A stretch of DNA of 30,079 bases from a virus (taxonomy: Duplodnaviria; Caudoviricetes): IMG/VR virus record IMGVR_UViG_3300006990_004483, positions 1-30,079 of that record; one strand, 5' to 3'. This document shows positions 23,680 to 30,079 of this stretch, in pieces. Position 1 is the first letter of the stretch, and each line of letters starts with the position of its first letter. Under the pieces are notes generated by a model. The model worked only from the letters and a program-made list of their open reading frames with translations. It was not told the DNA's origin and ran no database searches. The position numbers and the translations under genes were made by a program.

Positions 23680-26216
23680 GATACAAAAACCCGTTTCCAG
23701 CTGGTGTAAAGCTGCCAGAGATTGTCATCCCAAAGAGTATCTTAGATGAGTTGAGTCTTCAAGAGGGGAGTTCAAACAAAGATATTTTGTATGAGCTTTC
23801 TAGAAAAGGTTTAAGAGATAGAGGTATCGTTAAGCTTAAAAATAGGAAGGATTACTATGATCGTACTGTAATGGAGCTTGAGATTTTTGAGGAGTTAGGA
23901 TTTATTGATTATATCCTACTCAACTGGGATGTTCTTTACTTTTGTAAAAAGAATAGCATCCCAACAGGTGCCGGACGAGGATCTGCAGCAGGTTCGTTAG
24001 TCTTGTATCTTTTAGGTGTAACAAATATTGACCCAATTGAATATGACTTATTTTTTGAAAGATTCGTATCTAGAAGTAGAGCAAAACAAATTGAGCATGA
24101 TGGTGAAGTTTTCCTTGATGGGTCTCTTCTTGCTGATGTTGATAATGATATCTCTTATAACCGCAGGAGCGAAGTTGTTAAATATATCGAAGAAAAATAC
24201 AAAGGGAGAACGTCTAAGATCCTAACTCTCAATACTCTTAGTGGTAAGCTATGCATGAAGGAATGTGGAAAGATAGTATCTGAACTTAACGAGACGGACG
24301 TAAACCAAATAAGCGACAGTATTCCGAAACAGTTCGGAAAGGTGGCTAAATTAAAAGTCGCTTACGAAGAGAGCGAATCATTTAAGAAACACGCAGATAA
24401 CCACCCAAAAGCTTTTAAGATAGCTAAGAAGTTAGAAGGTTTAGTGAAAAACACAGGCGTCCACCCTTCAGGGATTTCGATTTGTTATTATGAACAATCA
24501 GATATAATGCCCCTACAAAAAACTAATGATGACTCTTTGGTTTCTGGTTATGACATGGATGACGTTGCAAGTTTAAGTGTTAAATTTGACATTCTTGGTC
24601 TCAGGACTTTGTCTGTTGTCAATGATGTCTGTAGTAGTCTAGGTATAGATGTAGATGATATAAACCCTCATGACCCTTTAATTTATACTGCCCTGTCTAA
24701 CCTACAAAGCCCACAAGGTCTATTCCAGATCGAAGCTGATACAAACTTTAAAGTCTGCCAAAGTATCGCACCAAGGAACCTTGAGCAGCTTTCTGCTGTT
24801 GTAGCTATTGCTAGACCCGGAGCGTTAGACTTCAAAGATAGGTATGCTGAATACGTTAAGACTGGAGAATCTCAGTCGGTACATGAATTTTTCGATTCTG
24901 TTTTGAACTATACAGGAGGTATCCCCCTTTATCAGGAACAGTTAATGAAGATGGCTGTCAAAGTTGGCTTTAGCTTAGATGAAGCGGAACAGCTTCGGCG
25001 CATTGTTGGAAAGAAAAAAATAGACCAAATGCCAGCTTGGAAAACTAAAATAACTGAAAAAGTAGGCCAGCTTGAAAATCCAGATCCTGCTATAGCGGAT
25101 GTTTTGTGGAAGGTCGCGGAAGACTCTGCGAACTACTCATTCAACAAATCTCACTCTATTAGTTATGCATATCTAGCGGCCATTACGGTTTATTTAAAAT
25201 TCAAATATCCACAACAGTTTTTTTTAAGCTTGTTGAAGTTCACGAAGTTCGAACCAAATAGTCATGAAGAGATATCTAAAATTTCTCAAGAGTTGATGGA
25301 TTTCGATATCAAACTTCTGCCTCCTGATTTAAATAAATCAGATATAGACTTTAGAATAGAAGGTAAGGATATCAGGTATGGGTTAAACTCAATCAAAGGG
25401 GTCTCCGAGAAGGTTTTGAAGCATTTGTTGGAGTTTAGAGAGGATTCTTTTGAAAATAAGTATGATGTCTTTACAGCAGCTAAACAGGCTGGAGTTAATA
25501 TAGGGGTATTATCAGCTTTGATCCAAGCTGGGCTTTTAGATTCATTCGTTACAGCTAACAGATCCCAGTTGGTTTTAGAAGCCCAGACTTTCAATATCCT
25601 TACAGATAGAGAGAAGAGGAACTTCAAAGCTTTAGGCAAAGAGCATAAGTATGACATATGCTGCTCTATAGATAAGGCTATTTCAGAAGAATTGATTGGG
25701 GATGATAATAAAAGAATATTCTCAGATAGAAGGATCAATACTATAAAAAAGAAAAGAGAGCCTTATATAGAGATATTAAAGAGGAATAGAAAATCTATAA
25801 AGTATGCTAATTGGTACTTTGAGACTCAACTTTTAGGCTACAGTTACTCCTATAGTATTAGGGATATATTTAAACATCCTGAAGACTACCAATGTTCTGA
25901 TTCTGTAAAGATGGCTGGGGTAAGATCTGAAGTAAGATGTGTTGGTGTTTTAGTTGATGTAATCAAGAGAACTAGTAGAAATGGTAACAAATATGCTAGG
26001 TTAGAACTACATGATGAAAAAGGTATTATTAATGTCTTATTTATGGATAGTAATAGAGAGTCTCGCTTGACATCTTACCTAAATGCAGGTAATAAGTTGC
26101 CCAAGAAAGATGATGTTGTAATCATTACGGGGAGTAAAGGGGATGATATTATTTTCGCAAACACTGTTAATACTTTAAAAGATAAAATTTACATGAAGCT
26201 TTCTCAGGTAAAATAA
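23676..26216 (+). CDS. dnaE: DNA polymerase III alpha subunit catalytic core (lacks PHP domain)
   Basis: GAGRGSAAGSLV.YLLGVT.IDP, LFFERF, ADVDND, GVHPSG, VKFDILGL, LYQEQLM, YSFNKSH, IRYGLNSIKGV and a C-terminal OB fold. Confidence 0.96.
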   Translation: MRYKNPFPAGVKLPEIVIPKSILDELSLQEGSSNKDILYELSRKGLRDRGIVKLKNRKDYYDRTVMELEIFEELGFIDYILLNWDVLYFCKKNSIPTGAGRGSAAGSLVLYLLGVTNIDPIEYDLFFERFVSRSRAKQIEHDGEVFLDGSLLADVDNDISYNRRSEVVKYIEEKYKGRTSKILTLNTLSGKLCMKECGKIVSELNETDVNQISDSIPKQFGKVAKLKVAYEESESFKKHADNHPKAFKIAKKLEGLVKNTGVHPSGISICYYEQSDIMPLQKTNDDSLVSGYDMDDVASLSVKFDILGLRTLSVVNDVCSSLGIDVDDINPHDPLIYTALSNLQSPQGLFQIEADTNFKVCQSIAPRNLEQLSAVVAIARPGALDFKDRYAEYVKTGESQSVHEFFDSVLNYTGGIPLYQEQLMKMAVKVGFSLDEAEQLRRIVGKKKIDQMPAWKTKITEKVGQLENPDPAIADVLWKVAEDSANYSFNKSHSISYAYLAAITVYLKFKYPQQFFLSLLKFTKFEPNSHEEISKISQELMDFDIKLLPPDLNKSDIDFRIEGKDIRYGLNSIKGVSEKVLKHLLEFREDSFENKYDVFTAAKQAGVNIGVLSALIQAGLLDSFVTANRSQLVLEAQTFNILTDREKRNFKALGKEHKYDICCSIDKAISEELIGDDNKRIFSDRRINTIKKKREPYIEILKRNRKSIKYANWYFETQLLGYSYSYSIRDIFKHPEDYQCSDSVKMAGVRSEVRCVGVLVDVIKRTSRNGNKYARLELHDEKGIINVLFMDSNRESRLTSYLNAGNKLPKKDDVVIITGSKGDDIIFANTVNTLKDKIYMKLSQVK

Positions 26217-26228
26217 GCGTAGTTATAT

Positions 26229-28646
26229 ATGATGTCTTTAACTGATTATAATCTTACCCCAAAAGCTAAGAAGGCTATAAGGGACGCTAAACTCTTCGCG
26301 GCTTCAAATAGTCACGAATTAATTAGGATACCTCATTTATTTTACGGGTGCTTATGTAATCTTTCTGACAGGGTAGATTTACTATTTGAGAGTAGGGGGA
26401 TCGAGTACCCGCCTAAATACTATTTAAAAGATTTTAAAAGTTTTTGTAAAAATAATAAAGACTATTTTTTAAGATCCAAAAATGAAAACGCTTGGCATTC
26501 TGAACTAAATGACATTATAGCTGATGCAAAATTATTTGCTGATGATAATGAAGATTTCTTTGTTGGGGTTGATCATATACTTTATTGTCTTTTAGGATCA
26601 CAATTTTGTAAAGGGATGCAATCTGATACTTGTGATATCTTGCATATGTCTGAAGTCCTGCTTGAATTGATTATAGACGCTAACTTAGTTATCCCTAAAT
26701 CTTCTATTTTAGATCCTGAAGATCTTGACTCAGAAAGTTTTATAGAAAAGCTAGAAAGGTCTTTAGAGAGAAAGCCTTCAAAATTTTTATCTGAATACTG
26801 TTTAAATCTGAACGAACAGGTCGCACAAGAGAACCAAGTCCCTATAACATCAAGAGATGAGGAAATAGATATCTTGATTGAAGTTTTATCTAAAAAGAAT
26901 AAAAGTAACGCTGTGTTATTGGGTGATTCTGGAGTGGGGAAGACTGCTGTTGTTGAAGGTTTAGCTCAAAAGATAATCAAAGATGAAGTTCCCGCTCATA
27001 TTGGCGTATGCACTGTGTACAGTGTTGATATAGCTTCAATGGTCGCTGGGACTCAATATAGAGGACAGTTCGAAGAGAGGTTTAAAGGTTTATTAAAAGA
27101 GATCGAAGACCGCCCTGAAGTGATTCTATTTATTGATGAAATACATACTTTAATGGGTGCTGGGAATTCAAGCGATAACGGTATAGACGCTTCAAACATG
27201 CTAAAACCTGCTCTGGCTAGGGGGGAAGTTAAATGTATAGGGGCGACGACCTTCAAAGAATACGAAAAATCTTTTGGTAAAGACCCAGCATTAAAGAGGA
27301 GGTTTGATAAGGTTGAAGTCTTAGAGCCTACAAAAAAACAGACTGAGGTAATGATTAAAAACAGCCTCCCATACTATGAAAACTTTCATAAGGTTAAATA
27401 TTCCAAAAGCAATATTAAAGATATTTTAGACCTTAGCGAGACCTACCTATCAAATAAAAAGTTTCCTGAGAAAGCTTTTGATATTATTGATCAAGTTGGA
27501 GCTAAAGCTAAAATTGAGCAAGATTACCCTGATGATGAGTTGGCTTGTATTAGAGACAAGTTCTCTAAAAAAGACACAAATTTAGAAAGTGAGGTCGAGA
27601 CTGAGAAACTTATTAAAGAGTATGTCGAGGATTTGGTTTCTTACATGAATAAAGAGGATAAGAAAAGGAGGGTTTCTAGGAATCAAATACTTGAGGTCTT
27701 TGAGAAAAAAACCGGTATACCTAAAAAAATCATTGGGGAAAGTAAAAAATCTTTTTCTAATTTTAATAAAAAAATGAAGTCTGAGATTTTTGGGCAAGAT
27801 GAAGCTCTAGATAGGATTTACAGTATCCTTTCTTCCGTAAAGGTCGGCTTGAACGACCCCAATAAGCCTTTAGCTAATTTTTTGTTTGTCGGGCCAACGA
27901 GTGTGGGGAAGACGTTTACAGCAAAGAACATAGCAAAACATTTTTTTGGGAATCCGCAATCAATACTGCAAATCAATATGAGTGAGTATCAAGATAAAAC
28001 TGGTATTTCTAAACTTCTTGGTGCGAATGCTGGTTATATTGGTTATGAAGAAGGTGGTGTCCTAAGCGATTTTGTGAGCAATAATCCGAATTCTGTGGTT
28101 TTGTTCGATGAGATCGAGAAGTGTGACCCAAAGATTCTAGACTTACTGTTACATCTTTTGGATGAGGGTTACATTTCTGACAACTTAAATAGACGGGTAG
28201 ACTTCTCAAAATGTATTATTGTAATGACGACTAATATAGGGCATAAAGAAGCTTCTAAAACCTCTGTAGGTTTCGTCAGCGATAACAACGAGCAAGACTC
28301 TTATAAAGAGAGTTTATCTAATTACTTAAGGCCGGAGCTAATAGCTAGAATTCAAAACACCTTAATCTTTAACCCTTTAAATGACGATATTATGGCTAAT
28401 ATCGTAGGGGTAGAAATAAATAAAATTAAAAGTCGTCTAGCTAGCAAAGGCATAAACCTATCTGTTCCTAGGTCTATAAAGAACTTTCTCGTCAAAGAGA
28501 TTAAATCTAAGAAGCTAAACGCAAGAAACATAAAGTCTTTAGTGGTGAAGCTGATACAGTTTCCTCTAGCCTCTCATATCATGGATGGAGAAAAAAATAA
28601 AAAATTATCGTTGAAAGTGGTTGACAAAACTATAAAGATCTATTAA
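26229..28646 (+). CDS. Clp/Hsp100 AAA+ ATPase, ClpA/ClpC-type
   Basis: Clp N-domain, NBD1 (KSNAVLLGDSGVGKT, AGTQYRGQFEER, LFIDEIH), NBD2 (GPTSVGKT, MSEY, GYIGY, FDEIEK) and a VGF ClpP-docking-like loop; no long ClpB M-domain. Confidence 0.93.
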   Translation: MMSLTDYNLTPKAKKAIRDAKLFAASNSHELIRIPHLFYGCLCNLSDRVDLLFESRGIEYPPKYYLKDFKSFCKNNKDYFLRSKNENAWHSELNDIIADAKLFADDNEDFFVGVDHILYCLLGSQFCKGMQSDTCDILHMSEVLLELIIDANLVIPKSSILDPEDLDSESFIEKLERSLERKPSKFLSEYCLNLNEQVAQENQVPITSRDEEIDILIEVLSKKNKSNAVLLGDSGVGKTAVVEGLAQKIIKDEVPAHIGVCTVYSVDIASMVAGTQYRGQFEERFKGLLKEIEDRPEVILFIDEIHTLMGAGNSSDNGIDASNMLKPALARGEVKCIGATTFKEYEKSFGKDPALKRRFDKVEVLEPTKKQTEVMIKNSLPYYENFHKVKYSKSNIKDILDLSETYLSNKKFPEKAFDIIDQVGAKAKIEQDYPDDELACIRDKFSKKDTNLESEVETEKLIKEYVEDLVSYMNKEDKKRRVSRNQILEVFEKKTGIPKKIIGESKKSFSNFNKKMKSEIFGQDEALDRIYSILSSVKVGLNDPNKPLANFLFVGPTSVGKTFTAKNIAKHFFGNPQSILQINMSEYQDKTGISKLLGANAGYIGYEEGGVLSDFVSNNPNSVVLFDEIEKCDPKILDLLLHLLDEGYISDNLNRRVDFSKCIIVMTTNIGHKEASKTSVGFVSDNNEQDSYKESLSNYLRPELIARIQNTLIFNPLNDDIMANIVGVEINKIKSRLASKGINLSVPRSIKNFLVKEIKSKKLNARNIKSLVVKLIQFPLASHIMDGEKNKKLSLKVVDKTIKIY

Positions 28647-28649
28647 TAT
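28621..28649 (+). promoter_or_regulatory. Sigma70 promoter TTGACA-N17-TAATAT-N6-ATG
   Basis: Perfect -35 element inside the clp 3' end; the expected TSS is at or next to the ATG at 28656. Confidence 0.75.
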
Positions 28650-28655
28650 ACACAC

Positions 28656-28871
28656 ATGAGTAAGTCAGTTTTAAAAGCTATTCGTAATTCAAAAGGCCGT
28701 TTCTTTGGTCTATATACAAAGCAGGGTGAATCACTAAACGCTCAGCTTCAATCCGAAACGGATCAAACAATCGTGGTTTATGACCGCAATTTCAATCGTA
28801 CCCGGCGCTTCTCTAAAACCAGCATTTCTGGTGTGCGTTCAGGTTCTCGTACCTTTGGTCGAGTTCGTTAA
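28656..28871 (+). CDS. Small basic hypothetical protein
   Basis: 71 aa, with its own promoter upstream and a terminator downstream. Confidence 0.75.
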   Translation: MSKSVLKAIRNSKGRFFGLYTKQGESLNAQLQSETDQTIVVYDRNFNRTRRFSKTSISGVRSGSRTFGRVR

Positions 28872-28903
28872 ATTTTATTTGGTGTCATCGTTAAAAACAT
28901 ACG

Positions 28904-28933
28904 AAACCCGTCCTTTAAAAGGGACGGGTTTTT
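28904..28933 (+). terminator. Rho-independent terminator (possibly bidirectional)
   Basis: AAACCCGTCC-TTTAAAAG-GGACGGGTTT followed by further T residues. Confidence 0.9.
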
Positions 28934-28941
28934 ATTATAAT
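28914..28941 (+). promoter_or_regulatory. Putative promoter overlapping the terminator (TTTAAA-N16-TATAAT-N5-GTG)
   Basis: Perfect TATAAT lies 5 nt before the GTG at 28947; a -35-like hexamer lies in the hairpin loop. Confidence 0.5.
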
Positions 28942-28946
28942 CATCT

Positions 28947-30017
28947 GTGGACATTAGCTCAATATTTAGGGATAGACTGTATAATTTACCTGTTAGTAGT
29001 GATCCTACTCAAGTAGAGCGGAAAATTGTGTCTAGGGTATTAGATTCCTGTGGTATTACAATTAACGATAGTAAACTATCTCTTCTTTATGTTGAAGAGG
29101 ATTACGATTTTTATACCATAAGGGGGGATACTCACGGGTTAGATTTAAAATTCTCTTTAGATCATGAAAGTAAAAATTTCTTAAGAGAAATAAAAAACGT
29201 AAAGAATTGTAAATCTCAATACTCCTCAAGATATATAAAAAGCGATACTGTAAAAGTGGGAGACAAAGTCTGCTTCCTGCTTTGCCAATCAGATCTATCT
29301 GAATCTTTATTCGATTATGGCAGGTCTATTTTGTCTAGTAATTTAAATTTATTTTGTGATTGTTATGCTGATTTTTCTTCCCACTCAAACTATAGGATTC
29401 TCTACAAAACCATAGTAAAAGATTCTGTAATCAACGCTGATATGGAACAGATATTTGATGACGATCAAAAAGGTTTCATTAAAAACAATTCAGATTATCA
29501 AAAATGCAAATTCATTATAGATGAACTAAAATCAGAAATATTAGACCGTTTGAAAAAATTACCCAAGTTATCTACTGGAAATATCCTTGGGGACATAACT
29601 AAGAACTCAATATTCACCTCTGGTGATCAATTTCTATTCAAAGACCTGAGATTTGCATGTAAAGGTCATTTTTATTCGGATATAGCTAATATAGTTTTGT
29701 TTTTTGGGCTAAACCCAGCGGCTGAAAAACAACTTTTAAAAACCGTATCTCAGAAGTGTCAGGTGAATCTCAATCAAAACTTATACGATGCTTACTATGA
29801 AGTAGAGTTAAGGAGGAGAGCTTTGTATTACCTACTACAATACCTAAAAGAAGTTTATGTTTACGAGTCAATGAGGGTAGAAACAATAATAAACATCATA
29901 GATTCTTTTTCTCAGAGCTATAAAAGGCTTTGTAAGATACCCGTCTTCAAAGAGAATAGAGACTTTATATTAAGTAATATCACAGAGCCTGTCTTTGGGG
30001 ACGACATCAAACATTAG
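28947..30017 (+). CDS. Degenerate APH/choline-kinase-like protein
   Basis: LGDITKNSIF...FLFKDLRFACKGHFYSDIA echoes HGDxxxxNxx...xIDWExAxxGxxxxDLA; upstream LDLKFS...FLRE matches the Lys/Glu pair. Confidence 0.55.
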   Translation: MDISSIFRDRLYNLPVSSDPTQVERKIVSRVLDSCGITINDSKLSLLYVEEDYDFYTIRGDTHGLDLKFSLDHESKNFLREIKNVKNCKSQYSSRYIKSDTVKVGDKVCFLLCQSDLSESLFDYGRSILSSNLNLFCDCYADFSSHSNYRILYKTIVKDSVINADMEQIFDDDQKGFIKNNSDYQKCKFIIDELKSEILDRLKKLPKLSTGNILGDITKNSIFTSGDQFLFKDLRFACKGHFYSDIANIVLFFGLNPAAEKQLLKTVSQKCQVNLNQNLYDAYYEVELRRRALYYLLQYLKEVYVYESMRVETIINIIDSFSQSYKRLCKIPVFKENRDFILSNITEPVFGDDIKH

Positions 30018-30020
30018 TTG

Positions 30021-30048
30021 TTGAATTATAAGTCCTTTTATGTATCAT
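30021..30048 (+). promoter_or_regulatory. Putative promoter TTGAAT-N16-TATCAT-N5-ATG
   Basis: Intergenic, with the same architecture as the other promoters. Confidence 0.55.
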
Positions 30049-30053
30049 CATTT

Positions 30054-30079
30054 ATGATTGTTCAGCTCTATAAACCTAA
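30054..30079 (+). CDS. Start of next gene (MIVQLYKP...), truncated by window edge
   Basis: ATG 5 nt after the -10 element; frame is open to the end of the window. Confidence 0.5.

Noticed and set aside
5357-26216. Inteins or introns in nrdA, recA, dnaB or dnaE, or split-intein trans-splicing of the polymerase pieces
   Set aside because: Proteins are of normal or short length, with no C/S...HN splice motifs at the ORF ends.
19023-29016. Remaining short antisense or alternate-frame ORFs in dnaB, dnaG, the nuclease, dnaE and clp, plus 28780-29016
   Set aside because: Nested in conserved genes; 28780-29016 also runs through a terminator.
1-30079. Alternative genetic code, tRNA genes, or a bacterial chromosomal origin for the window
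   Set aside because: Long ORFs tile the window in the standard code with all three stop codons used. No cloverleaf was recognised. Tail genes and the clustered divergent replisome point to a phage.

Overview
A ~30 kb fragment of a large, AT-rich dsDNA tailed bacteriophage genome, with standard genetic code, dense gene packing, frequent ATGA/TAATG overlaps and few Shine-Dalgarno sites. No tRNA, rRNA, CRISPR, IS or intein was recognised. The window contains: (1) the end of a tail module (1-1297); (2) a minus-strand block encoding an FmdB-like protein, Hsp20, a GT-B glycosyltransferase, SSB and a sigma-70-type factor (1294-4085); (3) a structured, very AT-rich divergent intergenic region, a candidate origin or control region (4086-4384); (4) nrdB-nrdA with class Id-like (dimanganese) signatures; (5) a basic two-domain protein; (6) an 8.4-kb glycan cluster (8036-16486) that looks like a self-contained nonulosonic (sialic-type) acid system, with short NeuB, NeuA, HAD phosphatase, two GT42/Maf-like transferase paralogues, other GTs, Gmd, and an oxygenase + methyltransferase cassette flanked by a diverged duplication of the target gene's 5' end; (7) a replication/recombination operon with RecA, an endonuclease, DnaB, DnaG, a Cas4/AddB-like nuclease and a DNA polymerase III alpha spread over three ORFs (PHP, DEDDh exonuclease, catalytic core); (8) a ClpA/C-type ATPase and a degenerate kinase-like ORF. 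Many sigma70-like promoters have 16-nt spacers and sit so close to start codons that leaderless mRNAs are likely. All product calls come from motif recognition by eye; no searches were run.
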